DNA from: Piromyces finnis finn
Taxonomy: Eukaryota; Fungi; Neocallimastigomycota
Reading direction: 5' to 3'
DNA: 64,000 bases
Assembly (NCBI GenBank): GCA_002104945.1
Contig: MCFH01000081.1
Location: forward strand, 1-64,000
In this document: positions 41,531 through 62,117 of the stretch, one piece after another
Layout of the letters: every line of letters begins with the position of its first letter
Numbering within the stretch: position 1 is the stretch's first letter
Notes under the pieces: generated by a model
Database searches by the model: none
What the model was told of the DNA's origin: nothing
Seen by the model: only the letters and a program-made list of their open reading frames with translations
Program-made: the position numbers and the translations under genes

Positions 41531-42806
41531 TTATGAATTAATGAGAATTTCAGTGGCCCTATATTTTTAAATATATATATAAATATTAACTAACGAAGAC
41601 ATAAAATAAGAAAATTATATAAATTAAATTTAACAGTTATATACCTTGTTGGGTCATTATTTGCTTGAATAAGAGCTTGCTTAATGCGTTCTTCATCTCT
41701 GAATCCCATATCTCTTAATAAATTAATTAATTCTCGATCAGGAGTTGCTGTTGCTTGAGTACGGAATGGAACATTAGTATTCTGTGTTGGGATGGATAAT
41801 GATGGTGGCTTCTTAGTAGATATAAATGGTGAAATGAACTTTTTAACAAAGCTTTGAATGGCCTTTGGGAAACGCCATTTTTTCAAACCTAATACATTTG
41901 CTTCATATAATATTCCTGATACAATACCAATAATAAATGATGGAAGTGTACTTATTGATTCTGATAAATATAACTGAATAATAAATTTTTTATATTGTTA
42001 ATGAGTAATTCATCCATTATATTATTATTATTATTATTATTATTATATAGTTTTTATTTTATTTTATTATATTTACTTGGAATGCGAGTAAATACACAAA
42101 GAATTTATCAGAAAAATTAATTCCTAATATCTTCATAGAGTATGATACTGGTACATTTCTGAAAAATAAAAATAAAGTTGAGGCGATAAGAGCGTATGGT
42201 CCAGAAGGAATTACTGCTTTCATATTTAATGCATGTGCAACAATTACATATATTGTTTCTAGGGTGGAAGATAAAACTCCTACACTAATAATATAGCCTA
42301 TTATTACATTTTATTATTATTATTATTTTTATTTAACAATTAATAAATATGAAAAATATCTATTGTCACATATAATTTTATATTAATTAAATTGATAGAA
42401 TAATTATTTCATTTATTTATCATTACACATATATTTTGAAGAACCTCTTTGTCTTTCAAGAATACGAAATTGGTATAAAAGTAATAAACCAAATATCAAT
42501 GAGCTAGAATTTGAAAATACTATTATTTAAAATTTTAAATAAACATTAAATTTTATATAATTTATATACATTTATTAGCAAATTGAATAATTATATTTAA
42601 TGAAATTTCAATTATTAATTAATTTAATTACCTGAATTTTTTGTGATAATTTTATGATATTGTTGTCTTTCTATATTTTGGTAAGTTAAACTATGAGTAT
42701 GTCTAGTATCCATTATAGAAGAAAGAAAAGTATGAGCCGAAAAGGCGACCATTGATAATTTAGTTACTGATGCATTTGTAAAACCTTTAAACCCTGATGC
42801 TAGCAT
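41531..42806 (-). CDS. DSC2: UBAC2/Dsc2-like rhomboid pseudoprotease with C-terminal UBA domain
   Basis: N-terminal SGFKGFTNASVTK; YQFRILERQRGSSKY; SGPYALI; C-terminal UBA INLLRDMGFRDEERIKQALIQANNDPTRATEIL (last exon 41531-41558). Confidence 0.85.
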
Positions 42807-43943
42807 TTTTATTTTCTTAATTTTTAATTTTTATATTTTATTATATTTATTTTTAGTTATTTATCTGGAATTATTTTTACTTTTTTTTTTTTTTATTTTA
42901 AGAAAAAAAATGATAGATTTATTCTATAGCTATTTAATTGATTTTTATATTTAAAAAAATAAAAATAGAAATATAAAAAAATAATAATTAGTTATATTAT
43001 AAAATTGAATTAAAAATAAAGCATAAAATAAACCAATGTTAGTTAATTGCATATTATTAATATTAATTTTTATTAATGTTATAACTTTTTCTTTTTACTT
43101 ACATACAATATAATATAATATAATATAATATTATTTATTTTGCATTGTAATTTTGTATTTTACTTTGTAAAAATAAATATTTTATTTTCCATTTTTTTTT
43201 TTTTGATATACTAAATAAGCTATACTAATTTATCCATAATTAATTAAATGAATTTAATATAATAATTTAATATATACATTATGTATACAATATATACATT
43301 ATGTATTACACCAATGGTTAGTCCATATTATTATTCTAAAAAGAAGAAGAAAAAAAATGATTAATAAAATAAAAAGAAAAAAAGTACTTTTACTTAATAT
43401 TAATAAATAATTAGAATATATATATTTAAATTTTATTATACAATGAATAATAAAGATTATCAATGACTATTAAGTTAAAGTTTTACTATTAGTACTTTAT
43501 TTATGTAGAAAATATTAAGCTTAATTCTTTCATTTATACTAACAATTGATTAATATTATTTATACAATAAGATTACATCAAGTATATTTTCAATTTTTAT
43601 AAAACTTTGATAATATATAAAATTAAAATAATTATGTTTATATGATTTTTTAAACCAAAAATATTATAAAATATTTTTTAAACTTTAAAAAAAATTTTAA
43701 AAATTTTATTTAACAAAAAAAAAAAAAAAAAGAGGAATACTTTTAGAAAAAATTTTTTTATGTTTTTTTTTTTTTTATTTTATTTATTTAAAAAATAAAA
43801 TATAGTTGGATTAATGCATTAGATTTTAATATTCAAAATACATACAATTCAAATATGTTTAATTTATGAATATATATATATTAATTTATAATAAAATCAA
43901 TTTTAAATCTAATTGCTTAATAACTAAATAATAATAAGATAAT

Positions 43944-49451
<5,508 letters not shown>

Positions 49452-50199
49452 TTATAAATTAATTAATTTATTAATTTCAATTAATGTGAAGAAACTTTTT
49501 ATATATATATATTATTAAAAAAAAAAGTATGAGAAAAATTCTATACCTATACTATAAAACTCAGATAGTTTTATATATATATAAAAAAATATCTTTTTTA
49601 TATATATTTACACAAAATAATATTATATTAATGTCAATATATTTTTAAAATTAAATACACTAGCTTTTTTATTTTTTTCAAAAAAAATTTTTTTTTAATA
49701 TGTATAAAATTTATATTTAAATTTAAACCTTTCAAATTTATTTAGTTCATTTATTTATTTTTTTAAAAAAATAAAAATTACAAATAATAATATTAAGTTA
49801 TTATTATTTATGTTGCACTTAAAAACTATTAATAATTATTAATTAAAAATTTAGTAAATGAATGTATTTAATAATATTTTAAATAAAGCATCATATACCA
49901 ATCAAAAAGAAAAACTTTGATCTATTGCAAATATATTTAATTTTATCATAATATTTTTTAAAATTTTATCATGAAATGATATAAAAATTTGTTAATATTT
50001 ATCAATATTAATATGTTAAATCTATAATAATTATAATAATAAAAAAAAAAAAAACATAAAATTTCATTCACAATTAATTGATTTTTATTTTTTTATATAT
50101 ATAGCATTTAATTATTTTGCTTCTTTTTACTTATTTATATTTCACATAATTTACATACATATTAGTTAATTTAATGTTAAATTCTTATATTATCTGCAA

Positions 50200-53175
50200 A
50201 TGGAAACATTAAATAAAATTAGCAATAAAAGAAAATTTAAATTTAAATTAAATGACCGTCAAAATTATAATAAAAAATTAAAAACTAATATACAAAAAGA
50301 TAGTGACCTTATTAAATACATTATAAGATGTACAGAAAATAATACAAAATTATTAGAAGATTTAAAATACAATTTTAAATCCAATGAAATTTCAAACTTT
50401 ACCAAACGTTTAAAAAAGTACATTGCTAAAAGAGAAAAAATCGAAAGAAGATTTAATAATAAAATTTCAAACAATGAAAATGAGGGTAATGAAGAACAAA
50501 TAGAATTTTCTTCAACAGATAATAGTAATACACTTGATAAAAGTTCAAACCCAGACTCAACTTCTATAAATTTTGTATTTACAGATAGAAAGAAAAATAT
50601 AAAGGAAATCTTGATAATTAAACCAATAAATGAAGTAAAAGAAATTAAATATAATTATTGTCAACTAGATACAACAAATAGATATATAATTAAACGGATT
50701 AAAAAGGATAATTTCGTTGAAGCCTATAATAACGATCTTGACTTTAAAAATTTCTTAGCTTTAAATCATCAACTCTTTGAAGGTAACATTTCAAATGAAG
50801 AAAGTGATAATAGAAACATTCTAAATGACAAAGAAATTTTGAATGCGAATGAAAATAAAGGTTTACTAGAACGTAATAACACTAATTATCATAATGGTCA
50901 TAAAGAAATAAATGATATGGGTGATAGAAGTAACGTTCAAGATAAATGTGAAAATAAAGGTAATTAATGAATATAATATATCTATTTTAATAATGTATAA
51001 TAAAATATATAGTAATGGTAAATTAGATAAATATTAAAAAAAAAATAAATAAATTAAAACAAATATATAATTAATTGTTTATTCTAAAACATATATATAT
51101 ATATATATAATGTTTTTATAGAAAATAATCGACACAATTTACAAGAACAAGAACAAGAACCAACAGTTATTTATACAAATGAAAATCATAAAAATAGTAC
51201 TATTAATCAATCTGAAAATGAAAATGTAATTAATGAAGAAGAAGATATACCATTCCCCTTTTTTGCTAAAAATTCTTTTGGATTATTAGATGAAAATGAA
51301 TTCGATAATAATCATAATAATTCATTCCAACACTACTTTTCTAATAATATAAATGAAAAATATAAAATTGTGTATGGAAAAGAAATGCCACATAATTTGA
51401 ATGGTAATAAAATAGTTATAATTATTATTTTTTTCTACTAAAATAAATATTATAGTATTAACTTTTTTTTTTTTTAAAAAAAAATATATATATTAATAAT
51501 TTCATTGTGTATAATTATTCATTCTCTCTTACATACAGAATTTGATGATGGTGATAAAGAAAATAATAATCCACATGAATTGATGTCAGAAAGAAGAAGA
51601 TCAAAAAATGATAGAAATATGAAAATTCAAAATTCTAAACAGAAAAATTATATTCATCACAATACCAGTAACAACAATAATACTGATAACAATAATAATA
51701 TATTAGATTCAGAAATTGAAACTTTTAGAGCTATCAATCCAATCAATAAAAATGATATTGATAATTTTAACGAAAGTAATATTAATATTCTAAAAAATGT
51801 TTTTAATAAAGAAAATAGAAAGAAAAAGTCATTTCTTTCTTCTGGTAATAATAAAGGTATTTACAATGATAATAGTCTAACGGAAATAAGTAGTGAAATT
51901 AATAATCCTGTAATTGATAAAATTATTAAATTAAACAAAACCAACAAGAATTCCAATAAAGCTTTAAGTTCAAGTATTAATAAGGAATTATACCTAGATG
52001 AATCATCATCCTTTTCTATCCCTCCATCCATTGAAACTTTTGAAGCTTCATTAGAATCACAGCTAAGTCATTCAAAGGAATTACCACCTGAATTAAATAG
52101 GTGTTCCACCTTAATTGATAATAAAAACTCAAGTAATAATAATAATAGTAATTCCAATTGTCAGAATCATCCCTATGACTATGATGATGAAGTAAAAGAA
52201 AATAAAAACAATGCACTTGTTAAAAGTAATGAAAACAAAAATAGCATAGACACTACTAATCTTTGTAATCATCAAGAACAAGAGCATCATCTCATTATAG
52301 AATCAAAATCATCAGTCAATCCTATTCAAAATAATACCAATGATATCGTTAGACAAACTTATTTGAAAAGAACAAGTGATCTCAAAGCCTATTGGCCAAC
52401 CTTTACTTATACCATTGAAGATCCATCTTCAAAAGACTTTACCACAACCATTCAAAAGAACAGTCCATTTTCACCTTATTTACAATATCTCATTCTTTTA
52501 AATAAAGAGCTCAATAAAAAAAATGAAAGAGAAAAAGATGAGCAAGTTTTGAAAAACAACACCATAGGTGGATATATTGTTATAAATAAAGATATTAAAG
52601 GTAGCTGGACGAACACTGAAATAATGAAATATATTAAAAAGCAGCGTGTTGTAAATAATGAATTGAATCTTTTAATACCATTAAAATGTGTTGTCTATGA
52701 CTGTTCGCAATACAATAAATATGTAAAGAAAGAAAGAGCAATGTATTATCTTCGTCTCTATCAAAAGCTAAATATGGAGAAACATACCACGTATATTGAT
52801 GTAATTCTTGAAAATATTAATTCTGAAGATGTATATGATTACGCCTTACTTTTTTCAGTTCCTGTAGAAGCCTTTGATATGTATATATGTAAGAATGAAG
52901 AAGAAATAAATTATCATAAAGCCGAAGTTCATATTGAACATTCCAATAATGAATATGACCATTTTAAAGTTTCATGTATTCTAGGATCCAATACTATTCT
53001 TGAATTTATTCAAAAATTAAGAGTATGTCGAGGATTAGATTATGATAAAACGTTACCTACCCTTTCTCAATTAAACATTTACGATAAAACAAAAGAAAAT
53101 GAAAGAAGACTAAGATTATCAAATACACAATACGAACTATTTAAATTACGTGTAAAGAATGGAAAAGAAGAGTAA
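50200..53175 (+). CDS. Hypothetical 3-exon protein: Asn-rich disordered N-terminus and a globular-looking C-terminal region of about 270 aa
   Basis: Exons 50200-50959, 51122-about 51403 and about 51539-53175 join in phase 1 with canonical GT/AG. No family recognised. Confidence 0.7.
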
Positions 53176-54696
53176 AAAATCAATGCTATAAACCAAAAAA
53201 AGAAATCACCCTATTTTAATATTAAAATGAATTTTTTTTTTTTTTCATTTTGACTTTTTTTTTTTTCCGAAAAGAAAAAAACTTTTATATAGTATAGATT
53301 TTTTGTTTAATATTTTTATTATTAAAATTTTGTTGTCCCTTTAATAATAATATACACATCTCTAATACATGCATAACATACATATCTTTTATTTTTTGTA
53401 AAATAGTCTATTAAATACCCATTTCCCCCTCCTTTTTTAATTAAAAAACAAAAAAAAAAAAAAAAAAAAAAAAGCTATTATTTTAATAAAACAAATAATT
53501 TTATGTTTAATCTAACCCGCACACATATATTTAGTCTATTAGCATTATATTACATATCAATAACTAAAGATAAAGAAATTAATAATTCTATTGATATAAT
53601 AAAGTAATTTTCTTAAAAAAAGAAAATATTTTATATAATAGTAAATGCTTTTTTTTTTTTTTTTATTTTCTTTATTTTTGTTGTGTTGTGTAAGTTGTAA
53701 TACATTTAATTTAATTATTTTAAAAATAAAATTTTATTTTTTTTTAATTCATTAAATATTTATTTTTTTTAATGAATTTTCCTGTGATACGTGCAATCAA
53801 CTGGCGTTAATTTATAAACTTTTCGTGTAACCTTTTAATTTATAAATTGTTTATATTAAAGTTAATAAACTTTATGGTTACCTGCTGCTGCTTTATGCAA
53901 TGCCATCTAAACTTTGTAAAAGTTTTTTTTTTTTTTTCTTTATATATATATACATCTATATCATTTATTATCTAATATTAATAAAAATAATTTATTAAAT
54001 TATATTAATTATTTAATTAAATATATTAAATCTATTTTTTCTTTTTTTATTTCATTGATATTTTAAAAGTTTTTTTTTTTTTTATAATATATGAAGAAAA
54101 TAGTATTAATATATAGAATTAATTAAATAATAATATATAAAAAGAAATAATAAAAGGGTACTAAGTGGATAATAATAATAATAATAATAATAAAAATAAT
54201 AATATATAAATACTTTTTTTTTTTCCAACATTATTAAAAAAATTATTTATTTTTGTTAAAAAGAATATTATAATAAATATATTCGAAAAGAAAAAAAAAA
54301 AGAAGAAAAGAATAAACAATTTGTATATTCTTAAAAGTATATACAATTGGTAATTTAACTCTATAATATATTTTTACAGATAAGCTTAAACATATAAATT
54401 TTCAAAAGATTATTTAAAATTGTATTTTTTAAATCTATCTTTTTTTTATTATCGCAAAGTAAAAATAAAAAAAAAAAAGTAAAAATAAAATAACAAAAAT
54501 AAAGTATTTAAAACAATAATTCATATAAAATATTTATTAATAAAACATAAATCTTTTAAATAATAAAAAAGATTAAAAAACAAAAAAACAAAAAGTTTAA
54601 ATTAAAATAATTTTAAAAAAGTTTAAAGTTAAAGCAACTAAAACATTACAAAATAATAATATTATTTAAGCAATTAATTATTGAATAGAACCAAAA

Positions 54697-54882
54697 ATGA
54701 ATGATATTATTTGCTACGTTCTTCTTGTACTTAACGTAATATTCTGTTTAAGTTTCATTGTCTATACATGCAATGAAGAACTAAAAGATAAATCGGAAAA
54801 AGAATCTTTATTGGAAAAGAAATCTAAAACAAACAGTAAAGAATACGATCTTAAAAATATTGTAATAAGTCAAGAAGAATAA
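54697..54882 (+). CDS. Possible 61-aa single-pass membrane microprotein
   Basis: AAAATG context, a 22-aa hydrophobic stretch (IICYVLLVLNVIFCLSFIVYTC), then a charged tail. Less AT-rich than its flanks. Confidence 0.35.
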   Translation: MNDIICYVLLVLNVIFCLSFIVYTCNEELKDKSEKESLLEKKSKTNSKEYDLKNIVISQEE

Positions 54883-55677
54883 TTAAAATAAACAAACAAG
54901 TAAACATTTGTGGTCATTCTCTAAACTATAAAAGAAGTTAATCCTCACTTAAACATTTCTTAATTTAATAATATTTTTATAAATTTTTTAATTAATACCT
55001 AAAAAGTTATAAAGATATTATACAACGTTAACATATCTATAGAATATCCAATCTTTTATGTTTTCAGAAAATGAAAATAATAATACATATCATTTTAATA
55101 GCGAATATACAAATCTAATTTTAATTTAATTATTTAATTGCATAAATAAAAAAAAAAAATACATTTTATTATAAAATTCTTTAAAGTTAATTCAACATAA
55201 TAGAAATGGAAAAAGTTACTAATAATGTATTATTTCTATTATGATATCTTAAAATATTTTTAATAACGAAATAATCATTTTTAATTTATATTATTGTACT
55301 TTTTATCTATGTATATAAAGTAAGATAGTATTTAATATATATATCATAGAATATGAACTAAAAAAAATAAAAATAAAAAAAAATAGTAAAAAAATATATA
55401 ATAATGGTGTATGAACTTTTTTTTTTTTTTGATTATTGTATATAGAAAGAGAGTAATTTTATTCATTTATTTTTTATAAAGAAATAAACCTAACAAAATA
55501 GTTAAACCACCAAGGTTTTAATATTTTTATTAAAAATTTAAAAAGGTGTTTTATGATATAATAATTAAAACAATAATAAGAAAGGTTAAAAGTGTATTCT
55601 ATATATAAATTATCTTTTTATTATTATAAAAAGTTTTTATATATCATTTATTATTATTATCATTATTATTAATAATT

Positions 55678-55708
<31 letters not shown>

Positions 55709-56303
55709 TATATTCCTTTTATCTATTAAAAGTTAAGATTATCAATGATAAATTTTAAAATTATCAAAAGATTTTTTTTTTTTTCTCTATAAAGTAAATA
55801 GTATTAGAATTTTAAAAGTATATATTGTTATAAAACGAAGGTGCATAAAAAAAAAAAAAAAAAAAAAAAAATTAAAATTAAAATTATCAAAACTTTAAAA
55901 GTATTTATTTTTTTTCTCCATCTTTAACTAAATCACAATTTTATCTCTATGTAGATATGAAGAATTTGAGAGATATAGAATTTTGAAAATAACTCTCCCT
56001 TTGAAAAAAAAAAAAACACCCACCCACCCACATTAATTTTCATGGTATTTAAGTTGAAATGATAATAAACATTATATACATTTATTTTTTTAAAAAAATA
56101 GTTATTTGCTTCTTTTATTATAATAAATTAAAATAAATAAATAGTTAAAAAAAAATAGTATACAATAATATATATATAAATAAATAAAAACAAAATAAAT
56201 AAATAAATAAAAAAATATTATTTACAATTCTATATTTATAATTAAGTAGGATATTAAAATATGTATAAAAAAAAAAAAAAAAGAATAAAACAGGAAAAAA
56301 AAA

Positions 56304-58391
56304 TCAAAGTGTCATTAATCCCATATGTTCTGGATTTTTGAATGGGAATACAATTAAATTAGATAAAAAGACACCGATAGTAATCCACATAGATACTGTG
56401 AACATACTAATTGTAAATTGTATACCAGTTTCAAAATTTTGATCAATAAGGAATGCCAATGAACCCTTAACACCAACTGATCCAGGAACTAATAATAATA
56501 CACCAATGATAATAGGTATAATTGCTAACTTCTTTCTAAGCTTAGCATAGACATTACTGACAATACCAACCGCTAAAGCAGCAATAATAATAGAAACTTC
56601 ATTTGGTAATTCAAATTTATTACCAATCAATGTAATAATATAAGAAATTAAAGTGGTGAAAACCATAATTGGGAATTGTGAAGCATTTGCATAGAACATC
56701 ATATTTAATGAAATACCAAGGAGTGGGAACATTAATATATACCAATAGGTACTTGGTGAAGCAACAATTTGACAGGTTTGAGTTGTGGAGGAATCAAGAA
56801 CAATAGGAACAGTAATAAATTTGGTCATGTGTACCCCAATAGTAATACCTGCACCCATCATAAAAGAAGTGACTAAGGAATGAATTAAACGTACAGTACC
56901 GGAAATCATATTTCTTGAGGCTAATTCAATAAAACCAATAGTAAAGTTTAAACCAGGAAGAAGATATAATACGGCAGATAAAATATCTGCTGTAAAGTTT
57001 ACACAGTACTTTGGAAAGATACCTTGAATGATTCTTAGTGTAGCTGAAGCACCTAATGAAGCTAACAATTCAACTAAATGACTATGGGAAGTGAAAAATA
57101 AGGGTTCATAGTAGGTAATTATACCAACAATTAAACCAACAAATCCACTTACAATAGAATCGAGCCATGTACCACCAAAAAGAATTGGAGAAGCGGTTGC
57201 AGCAGCAACAACATAACTGAAAAATTGCCAAAATACAGACCCAAAGGATGGTGGTTTACCAATAACATAATCAAGTTTATTGATTGCAGAAGTCAAAACT
57301 TCCTTTTCACACTTTTCTAAACTAATGTTAGAATCATTATCAATGTTTTGAATCTTGTCTTTGATTCTAGAAGAAAGGTAATTATCTTCATTACCTGATT
57401 CTTCTTTTTCCTTATCTTCATGACGGAAGCCTTCTTCCTTATCCTGAATATCATCTACGGAATATACAGTAATATCATTTTCTTCATAGACCTTTTCATT
57501 TTCTATATCATTGTTTGAGCTAGATTGGCCATTTCTACTGATGTGATGAATATCACTAATGCTATTTGATTTTTCGATATCAATAACAACAGAATCTTGA
57601 TCATCTTCCTTTTTATCCTTTTTACCTTTTTGTTTATCCTTTTTATTACTCTTTCTTTTACTTTTTTTGTCACTTTTTTCGTCTTTTTGTTTCGTTTCCT
57701 TGTCTCCCTTATTTTTATTGAATTTAGATTGGATTTCCCTTATGGCCAATTTTAATTCATAGGTAATTTGAACGACTTCTTCTAATTTACCTAGATTGTA
57801 ACCCGTTGGGGTGAGTAACAAGTGACTTTCGGAGTTAAGTGTTTCATTGTTATTATAGTTGGAGAAGGATAAGAGGATAAGAGTTGGAAAACTGGCAAAT
57901 TCACCTTGAAGACCCAATAATTTTGAAACAGAACGAAGGGTACATTCTGTTCTAAAAGTAGGAGAACCATAAAGATAGAGTGCTTTTCCTAAACGAACGA
58001 TAAAATCTTCTTTATCAAATTGGTATAAAATATGATAACAATTTATATCTTCTAAGCTATCAAAACTTTCATCATCCTCAAAGTTATCCAAGTTAGATGG
58101 CTTCTCTGGTTGATAACGTGGGATACTAAACATACTACTAGATGGCTGTCTTCCTCTATTTTCAAAAAAGGATGTATGCCATGAACTTTTTCTTAAATTA
58201 ATTTGATAACTTAATGTAGATTTATCGGTGATAACTTCATTTTCTGATGGGCCGGTAAGAAGTCCTCTTGGAGGGGTTTGCCTACGATATTGGAATGGGA
58301 AATTACTAAAGCGAACGTATTTTTCAACTGTTCGTTGATTTACTTCTTCATTTTTACTATCACTATCTTTATCATTGTTATTGTTGTCATC

Positions 58392-58425
<34 letters not shown>

Positions 58426-60144
58426 ATATCTTCAATAATTTCATAGGTAGTAGTGGTGGTAGTTGTGGTTTTATGCTTTTTACGATTACGATTATTTACT
58501 TTGTAAATTTGAGATTCATCTACGTTAATAATTTCGGCGTCTTGATCATACGAAGTATTTTGGGACACCATTATACTATTTAGGGTTGATGCCTGACTTT
58601 GATGTAATGAAAAATTGGATGTGTTATCCTCGTCATTAATATATGGATCATCCTTGATATTACTTTTTTTTTGGTATGTTGTTGAAAACACGGAATAACT
58701 ACCACTTGGTGATTCTATATTATTATAATCCTCTCGGTAAGATTCTTCGCTAAAATCACTTGTAGGGGATATGATGTTGTTATTTGGATTTCTAACGACT
58801 ATGCTAATTGAATTATTATCATATTCAGTAGGGTAATTATTTCCTGTATTACAATATCTTCCATAATCGCTAGAATGTTTTCTATGATTGATTGAAATGG
58901 ATTCGTTATACGGTAAACTGTTCTTTCTTGTGGAATTTTTATTTTTATTTTGAATATTATTTGGTCTATTGTAATTTTCTGTATTATTCCTTCCATAGTC
59001 ACTACTGCATTTTCTATGATAGGTTGTTGTATTTATTGTATCATTTAATGGTATGTTATATATTTTTGGAGTGTCATCTTCATCACAGTCCTTATGATCA
59101 TTTTCCTCGAGACTTCCTTGAGATGGAATACAATTAATATATGGTTTTACATGGTTATTATTATCACCGTATGGAGATAAATTATTTTTCATGTTTACTA
59201 GAGGCGACGTTATACTATCGCTACCATCACTACTGTTATCTGAAAGAAAACTATGAATTTCAATATTAGAATGTGTATGTTTTATTTTTTTCTTATCATT
59301 ACTGGTATAGGTAGTAAATGAATATAATGATGTTTCACCATGCTGCATATCTGAACCTTTGACTTTATAAAGTTGTTGTGTAACTTCCGATATTTCTACA
59401 GCTTCATTATTGTCATCGTTTACAACTTTACGAGCATGTTGGTAAACTGTATGAACAGCTTGTTTTTTATTTGAGTGTTTTCCATTATTATATGGATAAC
59501 TTGGAGGACAAAGAGAATTTGGGTTATTAATATTGGAAATCATGGTCATTGGTATATGATTATTATTTCTAATATATAATTTCGAGGTTGAGTTAGAATG
59601 ATGAATATTACTGTTCATTGGACTTGAAACTGAGGAATTTGTTGTTATATCAAATGGACTATTATTTAAAGATCGAGGTGAAAATTGATTTGGTGTTTTA
59701 GGTCTTTTAGGAGTATTTGGTCTTGATGGATGAAGTGGTGAAAAAGATTGGGAATAGGATGCTGAGTTATACGACAATGGTGTAAAAGGTTGAGGAGAGT
59801 TAGTTTGGGAATTATAAGATAAAGGAGAAAATGGTTGCGGTGAGTAAATTTGTGTATTAGGGGATTTTGTATTTTTTGGTATATGTTGAGTATTATATGA
59901 TTTTAAATTATTTATATTCATTGGCTTTTTGCCTTTATTATTAAAACTTTTATAGATAATATTATAAATAGATAATAATAGATAATAATAATAATAGATA
60001 ATAATAATAATAATAATTATAATAATAATAATAATAATAATTATAATAATAATAAGTAATTAATAATATTATTTATGTAAAATTCTTGAAATATTAAAGT
60101 AATATTAAAAAAAAAAAAAAAAAAACTTACTCTGAAATATCCAT
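56304..60144 (-). CDS. PRM10: PRM10-like ThrE-family (DUF1212 + DUF3815) membrane transporter with a long disordered N-terminus
   Basis: FIVRLGKALYLYGSPTFRTE, YNLGKLEEV, PILFGGTWLD, LYLLPGLNFTIGFIELASRNMISGTVRL, LLVPGSVG; about 10 TM helices. A probable mini-exon 60131-60144 (ATG GAT ATT TCA GA|GTAAGT) splices in frame to 59946. Confidence 0.9.
59960..60055. repeat. (ATA)n-type microsatellite inside the predicted first PRM10 intron
   Basis: Directly visible ATA/ATAG/ATT variants. Confidence 0.85.
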
Positions 60145-62074
60145 GATATATTAGAAAAATTGTATTAAAAAAATAATTGGATAATGTAATGAACTATTAG
60201 AAAGATCCTTTTTTAATTCTTTTTTTTTTTTTTCTTTTCAAATATAAATTTATAAAATAAATGTATATTTTCTTTAATAATTATTTTTTATTTCTCTATT
60301 ATTTTAAATAGTTATATTCCTTAATATTGTATTATTCTGATATTTCTTTTCGATGATATTTTTTATAAGCTATAAAATCAATTAAAGTATGGATAATTTG
60401 TTATAGTGTAATTATTGCATAAAGATTATTTTCAAACTAATTTTAATTTAGAATATAAACTAATAATTGTAATTAGGGTTGAAATAAGGTGTTTTTTGTT
60501 GATTTTCGTTTTTCAACAATAGCTGTTCAATATTAATTTATCTTGAAATGGCCATATTTTTTATTTTTAAATCATTAAAATGTTTTTTTTTTTATTTGGC
60601 AAAAAAGATTCTTTTTATATTATTTTAAAAAAGTAAATGAAAACTTTAAATTTTATTATTTATTATAATATATTGTAATATATTGTTATTATTAAAATAT
60701 ATAGATTTTATTTAAAAAAAATTTTATTTAAAAAAAAAACATAAAAGATGATTTATTTATATATTAATTTTAATATATTGTATTATATTGTAATATATAG
60801 ATAATCAATTATACAGGTTTTTTTCTATTAAAATTTTTGTTCAGGTATGGGAAGTGGTTTCCATACCAAAAGTCACAATGAAAATTAAAAATTTAAGAAT
60901 TAAGATTATTTAATAATATATTTAATTATATTGTAATATATTTAGAATATAATATCAATTTATTTTTTATTAATTAACTCTACCATAATTTTTGAAGTTT
61001 TTTCTATTTTATTTTCTTGTTTTTCTCATTAACTTTAAAAGTATTTATATAAACTTTAATTTATAATACGACACCATTCAAATGGATAAATGAAAAGTGG
61101 TATATGTTATTATTAGTAAGTTATTATTCTTTTTTCAAAACACATTCCTTTTTGAAAGAATCATCATTAGCTTTTTTTTTTTTTTTAATAAAATCTAAAG
61201 ATTCTAATACAATTGAAAAAAAAAAAAAACAATTATTTATGAGATGCCTAGTGTCATCATAACTATTATGCTTTTTATGATTAATATTAAAATTAGAATT
61301 ATTTTAATCATGGAGGTAAGTGGAATAGAGTATTGAAAACTTAATTTTTTTATATTAAATAAAGTTGGTAAAATGATGTTGAATGGAATTAAAATATATT
61401 AAAAGATGACAGAAAGGATAAATATATATTTTTTAAATTGACTAAAGTAGTTTTTTTATCCTAATGATATATACCTACCAATTAAACTTTAAAAATTATT
61501 GTTAATACACTTTAAATTATTCATTTTTCATAACGATTAAAATTAATATTTATTACTATTAATAACCTTTTTTCTCTCTCTCTCTACTGTTACTATTATT
61601 ACTATTTTTATTAATTGTCATCATTAACCATATTTTAATATCTACTCGATCACTTCTTCAAACAATTTTATTATATTTATTTTAAATAATAATAATATTT
61701 TAAATATAACTCATCCGCCTTTTTTTTTTTTAATATTATTATTTCCTTTTCTCCTTTGTCTACGTAAATAAATAGAATCATTTCTTTAGGTAGATGATAA
61801 AATAAATTAAAATAAAAAGATAATTGATGAATCGTAAGTGCTATCCTTTTTTTACATGTTGGTTTACCCTTGACCATTTCTTAAAAGGATTGGAATAGCA
61901 AGGTGTCATTTCTATTTTTCATCTAATATAAAGATTTTATTATATGAAAAATAAATTAAATCCATATATTTAAATTAAATCATTCAATTAGATCATGTTA
62001 TTATTTATATATTACTATTAAATCATGTTATTTATTTTTTTTATATTAAATATTATAATTAAATTTTTATAATA

Positions 62075-62117
<43 letters not shown>

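Noticed and set aside
56304-60144. PRM10 as evidence of pheromone signalling or sex
   Set aside because: The name comes from yeast expression data; the ThrE family is widespread and says nothing about mating.
61308-61880. ATGGAG|GTAAGT and ATGAATC|GTAAGT possible first exons, and a 66-aa minus-strand ORF
   Set aside because: No downstream in-frame coding exon could be identified.
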